A DNA stretch of 64,000 nucleotides from assembly GCF_018350175.1 (NCBI RefSeq), contig NC_058368.1:23066001-23130000 (forward strand), in the 5' to 3' direction. A program made the position numbers and the translations under genes. Under the pieces are notes generated by a model, which saw only the letters and a list, made by a program, of their open reading frames with translations, was not told where the DNA came from and did not search any database. This stretch comes from Felis catus. Lineage: Eukaryota. Of the stretch, positions 11,590 through 23,393 are shown one piece after another (the stretch's first letter is position 1; each line of letters starts with the position of its first letter).

Positions 11590-12720
11590 AAAACTTTTCA
11601 CTTGGATCAGAGATTTAGATGTAATTTAAACCCATAAAATTACTGGAAGAAAACAATGAACCTAGATAATCTTGGAGTGAAAGAAGGACTCTATACATAA
11701 AGCAATAGTCTTAAATAATGATGGTAAACATCAATCAATACATTACACTGCATAAAACTTTCTCATTAAAATGTGCCACAAATGAATGAAAATGATTAAC
11801 AAAAGCAGGGGAACAGAATGTATAACATCTGTAATAAATAGCTATTTTAAAAGTATACACGAAGAGCTACTTTAGATCAATAAGAAAAATAAAATTAAAT
11901 CAAAAAGTGGCCAAAAGGACATGACTAGTCTACAAGGAAAAAAACCATAAAAATGCTTTGACCTCACTCATAAATAAAAATATTAATACACTGATGATAT
12001 GTAATTTTTATCTGATCACCAAAGGTTTAAACTTTTTATCATACCCAATGTTGGCAAGGGTGTGAAGAAATAATTATGCTCATCTATTCTTAGCTGAAAT
12101 GTAAATTGGTGTAACCTTTCAGAAGGCACCATAGCAGTATTCATGAACATTTTAAAACCTCAGATTTATTGACCAAGCAATTCTAGTGGGAATTTATCCT
12201 ATGTGCATATTAAAACAGGTATACCAGGGATGCCTGGATGGCTCAGTCAGTTAAGCATCCAATTTTGGCTCAGTCATGATCTCACGGATCACAAGTTGGA
12301 GCCCCTTGTCGGGCTCTGTGCTGACAGCTCAGAGCCTAGAACCTGCTTTGGATTCTGTGTCTCCCTTTCTCTCTGCCCCTCCCCTACTTGTGCTCTGTCT
12401 GTTTGTCTGTCTCTCTCTCTCTTTCAAAAATAAATATTTAAAAATTAAAAAAAAAATTTTTTTAATAAAACAGGCACACCAAAGCCTGTGTCATTTTGCC
12501 CATGTTTATAATAGGGAACAACTGCAAGCAAGCTAAATGTCCTTCAGTAGGGAAAAGGATGAATAAACTATGTTTCCTTTTGACAAAATACCATGCAGTA
12601 TTTAAAATAAAGAAGCTGATTCACATGTGCTTACCTGGAAGGATGTTCAAGATTCTATGGTTTAGTGAAAAAAGCAATTTGCTCTACAATACTTGTGGTA
12701 AGATTCCGTTGGGGTATGTG
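11590..12720 (+). mobile_element. Old L1 (L1MC/L1ME-like) ORF2 3' end/3' UTR, containing a plus-strand Can-SINE at 12227-12465
   Basis: atacccaatgttggcaagggtgtgaagaaa...aaatgtccttcagtagggaaaaggatgaataaact; SINE TSD taaaacagg(t/c)a(t/c)acca. Confidence 0.8.
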
Positions 12721-12744
12721 TGTTCTACAGTATGTACAAGTCTT

Positions 12745-13190
12745 GTTTATGATGCTTTTGTTGCAAGTAAACAGAAAACCATTAAGTTTATCAGATACCA
12801 TAATTGGATGTGTGGAGACTGGTTGGGTCTAGGGTTAGCTTAACCTGCTGACCCAACTCTTGCCCTGATTCTCCTGTCTCAGCCTCCTTTGCTGACTCCT
12901 CAAACTGGTTCTAGAAGTTCTAGGCCTCACTTTCAGGCATGGTGCTCTTGAGAGGAACCCCCCCCCCCCCCTCAGCAAATTGCTCTTTGGATTCTCATTG
13001 GCCTGAACTGGATCATGGCAGTGACTCAAGAAGCCCATTCTCAGCCCCTTCCCCCAGGAAGAGGAGATACCCTGTGCTGATGACTTAGGCCTGGATTTTT
13101 GAACCAGTTACCAACAAGGGAGAAGGGTTTAACACTTTGTCTGAGACCAGCCAGAGCTCACCCAATAGATGAGTGAGCTCAAGGTAAGGT
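12745..13190 (-). mobile_element. Degenerate MaLR LTR (MLT1J/K-like)
   Basis: ttttgttgcaagtaaacagaaaacc...tctcattggcctgaactggatcatg. Confidence 0.5.
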
Positions 13191-13375
13191 CACCACTACT
13201 CTCCCCACCCCCCCCACCCCCCGCCCCTCGCCCAAAACCCAAACAACAAACAAAATGGCAACAACTGTACATGGAATAGAAGGAAGTAAAAGGCTATGGG
13301 GGGTAGATACAGATTTTTATTTTTCACTTCCTAGCCTTCTACACATTAATTTTTTTTTTTTTTTTATATAGCTGC

Positions 13376-13860
13376 ATGAGTCTGATTCAGGATCACAGCA
13401 GGAGTCATAGGAACAGATGGCATACTCAGAAGGGTTTAATGAAGAGACTTTAATAAAGAGATTTTGTTTGCCAAGGTATGAGTGAGGTTATAGGAACAAA
13501 AAAGGGATGGTGAAGCAGGCAGGGACAGGCAACAACAGGAAATTGATCCAAGCCTGAAGCGGCCTGGGGAGGTGGGTGGGGGCTGGAGGGGAAGGGAATG
13601 ATGTGAAGGGAGCCTGAAGTGAGCTAACGCTGGGGAAGAAGAATCAAGAGCAGCCCCTGCCTGAAAGAAGGGTGAGGCAAGAAGGGAGTGCTGTGTGGAG
13701 GAACAAAAAAATAACTCTTGTCTCCATTAGCCAAACCCAAACAGAAATTAGAGGGCAAGGGTGAGGCAATCCACAGGGGTCAGCCTCCTGAGACTCAGAG
13801 TAGGAGGGAAGGATGGGGAATGTTGTTTGGGGGGAGAGGGGGTAAAGGACCAGCACAGCA
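13376..13860 (-). mobile_element. Old ERV solo LTR (LTR78-like)
   Basis: aacagatggcatactcagaagggtttaatgaagagactttaataaag...agggatggtgaagca, recalled from the LTR78 family; orientation and name tentative. Confidence 0.55.
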
Positions 13861-13899
13861 TAGATTTCCTAAGTGAAAGGATTAACACTTTTTTTTTTT

Positions 13900-15527
13900 T
13901 AAAGTAAAAAAACACGGGAAGTCCTGTCACGTGATACAACATGGATGAGCTTTGAGGACATTATGCTAAGTGCAATAAGCCAGTCACACAAAGACAAGTA
14001 CAGTATGGTTCTACTTATACTTAACTTATACTCATACTTATACTTAACCTAGTGGGAAACTAAAGTGGTCAAATACATAGGAACTGAAAGTAGAATGGTG
14101 GTTACTAGGGGCTGGGGGGGGAGGCAGAAATGCGGTTTTATTGCTTCATGGGTGTATAGCTTCAGTTTTGCAGGGTGAAAAGCGTTCTGGAGATTAGTTG
14201 CACAGCAATGCGAATAATACCACTACTGAGCTCTATAAAAATGGTTACAATGGATTTTGACCATTCTAGTAAGTGTATCACGGCACTCCCTACCTTGTTT
14301 TAATTTGCAATTTTCTCCCAACATATTACGTTGAGCATCGTTTCATATGCTTCTTTGCCATCTCTGTATCTTCCTTGGTGAGGTGTTTGTTGCCCCTTTT
14401 AAAAATCTGGCTGTTTGTTTTCTTGTTGTTGAGTTTTGAGAGATCTTTGTATGCTTAGAATAACGGTCCTTTATCAGATGTGTCTTTTACAAATATTTTC
14501 TCCCAGTCTTATCTTCTCATTCTCTTGGTAGTGTCTTTTGCAGAGCAGGAGTTTTCAATTTTAATGAAATCTGGCTTATGAATTCCTTTTTTTGCTAGCA
14601 ACACCAAATGCTGTGAAGACGTGCAGCAACGGGAACTGTCATTCATCGCTGGTGAGAATGTAACGTGATACAGCTGCTTGGGGAACCACTTTGGCAGTTT
14701 CTTGCAAAACTAAACATATTTTCACCATATGATCCAGCAAATTGCGCTCCTTGATTTTGCCCAAATGAGTTGAAAATTCATGTCCACACAAATGATCATA
14801 GCAGCTTTATTCATAGCTACCCAAATTTGGAAGCAACCAAGATGTCCTTTAGTCGGTGAGTGGATAAACAAACTGTGGTATACAATGGTATGCACAGTGG
14901 TATACGATGGAGTATTATTCAGTGATAAAAGAAATGAGCTATCAAGCCATGAAAGACATAGAGGAACCTTAAATATGTATTGTTAAGTGGAAGAAGACAA
15001 TCTAAAAAGGTTACGTATTATGTGATCCCAACTACTATATGACATTCTGGACAAGGCAAAACTAGGGAGATACTAAAAAGATCAGTGATTGCCAGGGGTT
15101 AGGAGGAATTGAGGGATGAATAGGCAGAGCACAGAGGATTTTTAGGGCAGTGGAAACACTTGGTCTGATACTGTGATGGTGCATATATGTCATTATATGC
15201 ACCAGATGTCAAATGACAAATGTCATTCTACATTTGTCCAAACCCATGGAATGTACACCAACAGTGAGCCTTCATGTACTCTATGGAATCTGGGTTATAA
15301 TGATGTAGCAAGATAGGTTCATTGATTGTAACAAATGCACCACTCTGGTGGGGTATTTTTAAATGGGGGAGCTGAGCATATTTGGGGGCAGGGAGTATAT
15401 GGGAATATATTCTGCTTATTTTTCTCTGAAGCTAATGGTGCTATAAAAAAAAATAGTCAATTTTCTTAAAAAAGGTTATGATGGTAAATTTTAAGTGGTT
15501 TTTTTTTTACTACCATTTTAAAACAAT
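13900..15527 (+). mobile_element. L1MB-like 3' end interrupted by a 5'-inverted L1MC-like element (inverted part about 14254-14590, forward part about 14594-15467)
   Basis: Host L1 3' end resumes after the insert; degenerate 17-nt TSD at 14237-14253 and 15468-15484. Confidence 0.8.
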
Positions 15528-15914
15528 GTGGGAGTCTTTCCTTTCTTCCTCCTTCCCTAATCTCATTTACCAGCATCAAAGAACATTAATTGTGTCCATG
15601 TTTTCAACCAAGTTTCAAACTTCACATTCTTTTATTTTCCAAAGGTGATGATTTAAAGGCAATACGGTGCTCAGAGAGTGGTCCTAGCGGGAAAAAATAC
15701 AGATTTAAGAGCTCTCAGTATGGGTGTGATACTTCCACCATGGAAGTGGATGAAATCTCCAGGGACCATGTGCAAAGAAAGGAGGAGAGGCTGGCAAGAA
15801 ACCAGGGAAACTCACAATGAAGATGCCAAGAGGCGAGTCAGCCAAGGAGAATGAGAAATGAACAAAGAGCCAATATGAAGACAGGAACCAAGGACAGAAA
15901 GCATTTTAAGAATA

Positions 15915-16935
15915 AATGCATAAATCAAACCACAAGGAGATAGCACTACATGCTCATTAGGATGGCATTATAAAAAAAAAAAGAAAAGAAGGAAAGAAAA
16001 AGAAAGATAACAAGTACAAGTGTTGGTGAAGATGGAGAGAAAGGCATTGTTGGTGGGAATGTAAAATGGCGCAGCCACTGTGGCTAATTGTGGTGCCATT
16101 TCGTGGTAAGTTTAAAACAGAATTGCCATATGATCCATTCCTAGGCATACAGCCAAAAGAATTGAAGCAGGGACTTAAACTGTTACTTGTACAGCAATGT
16201 TCATATAGCACCATTCACAGTAACCAAAAAGCAGAAACCACTTAAATGTCCATCCATGGCTGAGCAGACACACAAAATGTGATACAAAGATACAGTGGAG
16301 TATCATTCATTAAAAGGGAATGAAGTTCTTTTTTTTTTTTAATCTTTTATTTATTTTTGAGAAAGAGAGAGACAGAGAGACAGAGCACGAGCAGAGGAGG
16401 GGCAGAGAGAGAGGGGGACACAGAATCCGAAGCAGGCTTTAGGTTCTGAGGTGTCAGCACAGAGCCTGATGCGGGACTCAACCCACGAACCGTGAGATCA
16501 TGACCTGAGCCGAAGGTGGCTTAACCGAGTGCTTAACCGAATAAGCCACCCAGGCGCCCCAAAAAGGGAGTGAAGTTCTGATACACGCTAGGATATGGGT
16601 GAACCTTGAAGATATTGTGCTAAGTAAGTAAGTCAGTCACAAATGGGCAAATAATGTATGAATTCACTCATATAAGACACAGAGAATAGGCAAATTCATA
16701 GAAAGAGTTAAGACTATTACAGGTTACCAGCGGCTGGAGGGGAGGAGAGAATGGGGAGTTAGTGTTTAAAGGGTACAGAGTTTCAGTTTGGGAAGATGAA
16801 AAAGTTCTGGAGACAGGTAGTGGTGACGGTCTCACAACAACGTGAATGTACTTAATGCCACAGAACTGCACACTGAAAATGGTTGGAATGGTAAATTTTA
16901 TGCAATGTACATTGTACCATAATTTAAAAAAAAAA
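15915..16935 (+). mobile_element. L1MB-like 3' fragment containing a minus-strand Can-SINE at 16329-16560
   Basis: ORF2 C-terminal and 3' UTR motifs ending tgtaccataatttaaaaa; SINE TSD aaaaggga(a/g)tgaagttct. Confidence 0.88.
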
Positions 16936-16937
16936 GA

Positions 16938-17157
16938 GGGGCGCCTGGGTGGCTCAGTCAGTTAAGCGTCCGACTTCGGCTCAGATCACGATCTCGCGGT
17001 CCGTGGGTTCGAGCCCCGCGTCGGGCTCTGTGCTGACAGCTCAGAGCCCGGAGCCTGTTTCAGATTCTGTGTCTCCCTCTCTCTGACCCTCCCCCATTCA
17101 TGCTTTGTCTCTCTCTGTCTCAAAAATAAATAAACGTTAAAAAAATTAAAAAAAAAG
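16938..17157 (+). mobile_element. Young SINEC_Fc inserted in the L1 poly(A) tail
   Basis: Near-consensus body with CpGs and A tail. Confidence 0.95.
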
Positions 17158-18369
17158 AATAAATGCATATTTATGCTTCTTTTAGCCAGATGCAAAAGGG
17201 TGCACACTGTATGAGTCCATTTATATGAAGTTCAAGAACAGGCAAACCTAATTGGGGGTGGGGGCAGAGTCAGAACAGCAGCTACCTTAATATGTGTGTG
17301 TGGGTAGGAAATGGGTGGAAAAGAAAAACAACGTGTACATTTCAAGGAGTTTGAAAAGGGGACAAATAGGGTCATGTTAGCTGGGAAAGCCTAGAATGAA
17401 GCTTTCTTTAGGAAAAGGAAAGTCGAATGTATTTTTAGTCTGAGAACAGATGGAGAGGGAAGGATGACAACACAAGAGAGGGAAGAGACAGATGACATCC
17501 GGAGGTGTGAAGGGAGAGGATGAGGAAGGGAGGGGCAGGGGCTATCCTTGGAAAGGCCCAGGACCCCTGTTCCACTGTGACACTGAAACAGAGCTCAGGG
17601 ATGGGTACAGATTAGCTAAGTGAGGAGGGGGAAGGGAAGCAAACTAAGTGATTCAAACCTGCACGGTCTTTACTTCACTGTACTTGGCCACCTCCCCCAA
17701 CCTATGCAGCATCAGCAATTTCTCTGCAAATTCTAACTGTTCTGTCTCCAAAACAGAGCTCTGCCACCAACTACTACCTTAACAAACATTTCGGTTGGTG
17801 CTTTCCTGTTCTGAACGTAGAAGTACTTGATTAGAAGACTTCTAAGGTTTATTCTAGGCATAAGATTTGGTTTCACTATGGATGTGAATTCTAGAATAAA
17901 TCAGTTGGAAAATATATGTATTTCGAATTTCCTTCGTGTCCTGAATTGAACAAATGCGGCTGAGGAAAACAGATGCATTTATGCCAACATTGTATTGGAA
18001 ATAGAGAACTCTGCCTTCCTTCTAAAAGTTCCATTTTTTTTGAAGTGAGAACTTTTGTTCCACAAAGAAAACTGATTTCATACTTAGACAGCTAAGTTAA
18101 ATACATCGACATGCACTTGCACTTGATGTATCAAAAATTGGTTAGTAAGAAGTGACTAATTGGAACAAGTTTCTCTGTCTCTTCAGAACAGTGAAGAGTT
18201 CATTACATTGTAGCAGCTCATAAAATTCTGGGACAGCTTTAGGATGTGTTGGTTTCAGTAACTTAGAAGTAGAGGCCTCCGCGGAAGGTCAGGCAATATT
18301 GTAGCAGAGGCCTAGCTGGAAACTCCTTCCTCAAAAGCCCCTTTTCAAAAGGCACACGCAGGACATTCA

Positions 18370-19025
18370 GAATGCACAATTATAAATGGCTAATGCATGG
18401 AGGAAAATGGAAAGCTTCATTAATATTCAAAGGATGAAAATTTAAATGATTCCCAGATGCCACTTTAGCTTATCAAATTAACAAGATTTGTAAAAACCAT
18501 ACTTAAGGGCAAAGCATGGTGGGAAATCTCATGGACTGCTTGTAAGAGTATAAATTAGCTCATCTCTTCCACAAAGCGATAGAAGAAGGTGTATTAAAGG
18601 CCCTACCAACTGATTGAAATGACCATACCCTTTGAATCAGTAATGTAGTGCTACGATGTCATCCTTTAAAGAATTCAGAAAAGTGGAGTAAAGCTTCTCC
18701 ACACAAAGATATTCATTGCAGTGATAAGTATGATAGGAAAAATTAGAAACACCTGTATGTGTAATGATGAGGATTTCAATTATGAAAGATACCTATGATA
18801 TGATACATTTAGAAGCATTTAAAGTGTTTATTAAGAAGTTTTAACACTGTAGGGAAAATATGACATAGGGTAGATGGTGCAGCATCATTCTATTGTGTTA
18901 AAGTATGTTTATGTATAGGAAAAAAAGAAAAAGACCAGAGAGTGTTAAATGTTAGAGTGGTCATCTCTAATTGGCAGGGTTTTAAGTGATTTTTCCCCCT
19001 TCTTTGTATTGTTCTCTATTTTTCA
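18370..19025 (+). mobile_element. Very old L1ME-like 3' fragment
   Basis: acacaaagatattcattgcagtg...gttagagtggtcatctctaattggcagggttttaagtgatttt. Confidence 0.6.
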
Positions 19026-19294
19026 GAATGGAGGGGAACCCCTCCAAAAGTATGAATATAAAGTTATTTTTTGATAAAAGGAGAAAGTTTTTTTTCCTAA
19101 TACTTGGTAATGGTTGTATCCCTGCACTCCAATAAAATGGACCAAGACTTCTCGCTACAGCCAGCTATTCATTCAACAATGTTTATTAAGCACCAACTGT
19201 GCACCAAGCCCATGATATATACTGGGGGTGCAAGAGTAGAGAATCACCCAGGTGGTTTGGCACTTGTCAAGCTTATGGTGTAGCGAGAGTACAG

Positions 19295-19700
19295 TGCATC
19301 AGTTTGCTAGGACCACTCTAACACACTACCACAGACTGGGTGGCTTAGAAGAATGGGAATTTATTTTCTCACAATTCTGAAGGCTAGAAGTCTGCGATGA
19401 AAATGGCGGCATGGTTGGCTTATTCCCCGGTCTCTCTCCTTGGCTTGTAGATGGCCATCTTTTCCCTGAGTCTTCGTTTCATTAGAACTGTGTGTGTGTG
19501 TGTGTGTCCAAATTTCCTCTTCTTATAAGGACACTAGTCATACTGGATTAATGCCCACCCTAATGACCTCTTTTCAATTTGATTATCTCTTCAAAGACCC
19601 TATCTCCAAATACAGTCACTTTCTAAGGGGTCCCATGTACCAGGTGGTTAGAACCTCAACAGGTGCATTTGGAGGAGGCAAAACTCAGCTCATAACATAG
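19295..19700 (-). mobile_element. MaLR solo LTR (MLT1A/MST-like), preceded by an L2 3' remnant (about 19165-19290)
   Basis: ccacagactgggtggcttaga...aatttattttctcacaattctgaaggctagaagtc...cttataaggacactagtcatactggatta. Confidence 0.85.
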
Positions 19701-20249
19701 CCATGAAACCACACTGGCATGAAAAAGAGGACGAGATAGGCTAGGATCAAAGACTAGGCATTATTATTATTACACTCGCAGCACTACTGGTCGTTTCTAG
19801 GGAGGGGCATTGTTCACTGCCCGACAGTGCTTGCTGCTCTGTCTTCTTTTTAGTGTTTTTGTCAAATAAAGCAGCTTCTTTATTTAATAGGTTGACAGGA
19901 ATAAAACAAATTTTCATCTGGTTAGGATGAAATGCAACTGACATTTAAAATTTATCTTCTCTTCAGAGTGTCAGAAAATGAATATTTATTCTTTGATGCC
20001 TGATATTACAAAGTCATTCATTATCTTTCAGGGAACAGATTGGGTTGTGAATTGATACCTGCTGAGTTCCCAGATGAGCATATGTCATGATTCCCAAAAA
20101 GGGCTCGGCTGGTTCTAAGTCTCCAGAGCTGTAAACAAACAGAGGTCTGGGGAATAAACTCTGTCCAGTCTAATTACTTCTCTATGACTCATTTTTGAGA
20201 ATTTTCAAAATTCAGAACAATTTTTATGGTACCATATGCAGAGTCTACC

Positions 20250-20294
20250 TAATTCACAGTCTACTTCCTGTAATTCACAGTCTACTTCCTGTAA
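20250..20294. repeat. Perfect 21-nt tandem duplication
   Basis: taattcacagtctacttcctg twice (20250-20270, 20271-20291). Confidence 0.95.
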
Positions 20295-20785
20295 ACCTGT
20301 ATCTGTTTGGGTCACAAATCCTTCATGGCATGTGGCATGCTGTAAGTAAATTCATTACATTCGTTTTAAATTCATAAAAATAAAACAGAGTCTTGAGGCC
20401 GGATAGATCACGGTTAGAAAATGTTTGTTCCATTGCATTCGTATAACTCATTGCCCCTCTGTCCCAGGAACAGACAGAATTTTACATCATCATTTGAAAA
20501 GCGGTAGAAAATTGGTATAGCCTAGTGGTGAGGGGCCTGGGCTCTGGGGGTAGCGGCGCCACTTACCATTTCCTGCAGGGTCGTGAGGATGAAAGGAGCA
20601 GACCCTCAGCCCTTAGACTAGTGCCTGGTGCTGTGTGACCATACGATATGTGACAGCTGCTATTATTAGACTTTGCAGAGCAGGCTTTCTGTTTGAGGAG
20701 GTATCTTGCTCCCTCACCCCTTTTCCACATGTTAAGGGCTCTATGAGAAATTTGAACTCTTCTGTTAACGACATTTTATTTTGTA

Positions 20786-20904
20786 ATTTTTTAAATTATT
20801 ATTATTATTTTTTTTAGTAATCTCTACACCCAACATAAGGCTCGAACTCATGACCCTGAGATCAAGCGTTGAACACTCTGCCAACTGAGCCAGCCAGGTG
20901 CCCC
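20786..20904 (-). mobile_element. Short, older Can-SINE
   Basis: ggctcgaactcatgaccctgagatcaag...ccaggtgcccc. Confidence 0.85.
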
Positions 20905-21746
20905 TGTTTATGTTTTAATAAGGTAAATACTTGGCCACTTAACTATTCGAAGTGCAGCCTTTGGCTAGCTGGATCAGCACAACTGCAGTGATTCCCCTTT
21001 CTATAACCAGCAAAATTAATATTTATACAGCTTTAGAAGTATATTTTTTGATGTTTGTCCATGAACCTGTAGGCACTTTGCATTCCTTCGAATTCCTCCA
21101 GGTCATCTGTAAATAATCGTCTACAGGACAGTTACTGTCAAAGCTTGCTTCCTCTGAAGTTCTAGTGAATTTATGGGACTCAGTTTCTTCCAGTTTCCAT
21201 GCTATGATGCTGCCCTTCCCAGTTTGCAATGCCCTTGTTCCTCTTCACCAACATCATCCCTTCTTGATTTCTAAATTGGACCCCAAACCTCTGGGGTCTT
21301 ATTGTGTTTATTCCTCTGCCTGGTCCCTGATTAACACTTACATATTGTTCACGTGATGTTAATTTGCCCTTATGAATTATTGCTTGAAAAATGTATTTAT
21401 TTGTGCCTTTGGTCTCTCTGCTGGATTATGGGATCCTTGGCAATAAAGCACGTGTCCTTGAATTCTTTGGTAGTTCATCTAACTTTATTTTAGTATGTAC
21501 ATTAAATATTGTTTATTGCTTACTTTGTCTCCTTATTACCTTTCCCCCCAATCCCAGTTACTCGTCTCTAGGTTGTCGCCTGGCCTTTCCAACTGGTTTC
21601 TTTACAGTGAAAATACACCATCTAGAGTGTTTTCTGTCCTCTAGTATCTTGTATCCTCAAGTGTCTTAGAAAACTTGTTTTACTTTTCTCTGTTGCCAAA
21701 TTTATTTACATATCATCCACCAAAACTAAAGAGTTGAAAGGTTTCA

Positions 21747-21847
21747 GGGAGCCTGGCTGGGTCAGTCAGTACAGCCTGTGACTCTCGATCTCAGGGTCAT
21801 GAGTTCAAGCCGCAGCATTGGGGGTGGAACCTACTTAAAAAAAAAAT
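21747..21847 (+). mobile_element. Short, older Can-SINE
   Basis: gggagcctggctgggtcagtcagtacagc...A tail; degenerate TSD agagt(t/c)gaaa(g/t)gtttc. Confidence 0.85.
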
Positions 21848-22464
21848 AGAGTCGAAATGTTTCTCAGAGAATGCAAAGGGAAAAAAAATAGGCAAAGTGG
21901 CCGTGCCAAGTAGAACTGAGCCCTTCCTCTTTGTGGTCATGTGGACAGTATTCTTTGTCACACTTTCTCTGTGTACCTTTTACTTCTCTCTCTCTCTTTT
22001 TTGGTTCATAAGATCATGTCCTGTTAGTTTTATTCATCTTCAGCACTTGGCATATTACCTGGAACATAGTAAGTGCTTAGTAAATGTTTGAAGAAATGAA
22101 AGATTGAGCAAGGATCTTTACCCATGAGAATAGTAGTACTTACACTAGGTTCATCTGTTTTCTAAAAACCTAGCATTAGACTAGTGCTTTAAAGCATGGG
22201 CCCTGAAACCAGAATGATTGGTATCCCAGATCTACGGGTGACTAGCTGGTGACAGAGGGCAAACGATCTTTCTAAGGCTAGTTTTCTCATATATAAAATA
22301 TAATAGGATTGTCAAGATTTTAACACTTAGACCAGTACTCAGTATATAGTAAATACTTAAGAAATTTAGCTATTATTATTATATTAAAATGATATTAATG
22401 TGTTGACATTTACTTATACAAAGAGGCAAGGAAAATAACTGTTAGATCATGTCACCAACCTGCT

Positions 22465-22591
22465 TTAATTTTTTATTTATTTTTTATTTATATTTTTATT
22501 TTTTTAAGTAAACTCTACCACTAACATGGGGCTCAACCTCACAACCCTTAGATCAAGAGCATCCTCTACAGACTGAGTCAACCAGGCACCC
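22465..22591 (-). mobile_element. Short, older Can-SINE
   Basis: ggggctcaacctcacaacccttagatcaagag...ccaggcaccc. Confidence 0.8.
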
Positions 22592-22809
22592 ACCCCCCCC
22601 CCACCCCACGCCCCCACCCCCGCCAACCATCTGGTTTTTATTGAGTACTTAGGATTTGACTCAATTCTCCAAAGGTCACTGATAATTTACCAGTCATCAT
22701 TGGACCTACATTTGAGGATTGGGAAAGAGAATTTTTATCCAGGTAGATAATTAGTAATGTGAATATCTAGAACTTGATTCATAATTAAAATTTTGATTTA
22801 CAATATAAG

Positions 22810-23155
22810 TTTGGGTAAATATACATATAACATAAAATTTACCATCTTAACCATTTTTAAGTGTACATGTCAGTGGCATTAAATCTGTTCACACCATCAT
22901 GCAGCCATTACCAACATCCATCCCTAGAACTCTTTTCATCTTCCAAAACTGAAACTGTGTACCTAATAACTCCTGTTTCCATTTGTATTCCAGCCCCTGC
23001 CAATCAGAATCCCTGTCTCTCTGAATTTGACTACACTGGGTTCCTCATTAGGTAAGAGAAATCATACAGTATTTGTGTCTGGCTTATTTCACTTGGCATG
23101 TCTTAAAGGTTCATCCATGTTGTAACCTGTGTCAGATTGGATTCTCTCCTAAGGC
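22810..23155 (-). mobile_element. L1MB-like 3' end
   Basis: cataaaatttaccatcttaaccatttttaagtgtaca...aaggttcatccatgttgta. Confidence 0.85.
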
Positions 23156-23168
23156 TAAAAAACAATGG

Positions 23169-23393
23169 TTTTTGTTTTTTTTTTATTAAAAAAAAATTTT
23201 TTTTAATGTTTATTTTTGAGAGAGAGAGGGGGGCAGAGAGAGAGAGACAGAGACAGAGACACAGAATCTGAAGTAGGGTCCTGGCTCTGAGCTATCAGCC
23301 CAGAGCCCGCGGCAGGGCTCGAACCCACAAACCATGAGATCATGACCTGAGCCTAAGTCAGATGCTTAACTGAGTGAGCCACCCAGGTGCCCC
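23169..23393 (-). mobile_element. Can-SINE
   Basis: Full antisense body with T tail. Confidence 0.93.

Noticed and set aside
13201..13610. G4-like C/G runs (also 22589-22625 and 50350-50378)
   Set aside because: Low-complexity runs with no promoter or CpG-island context; function cannot be supported
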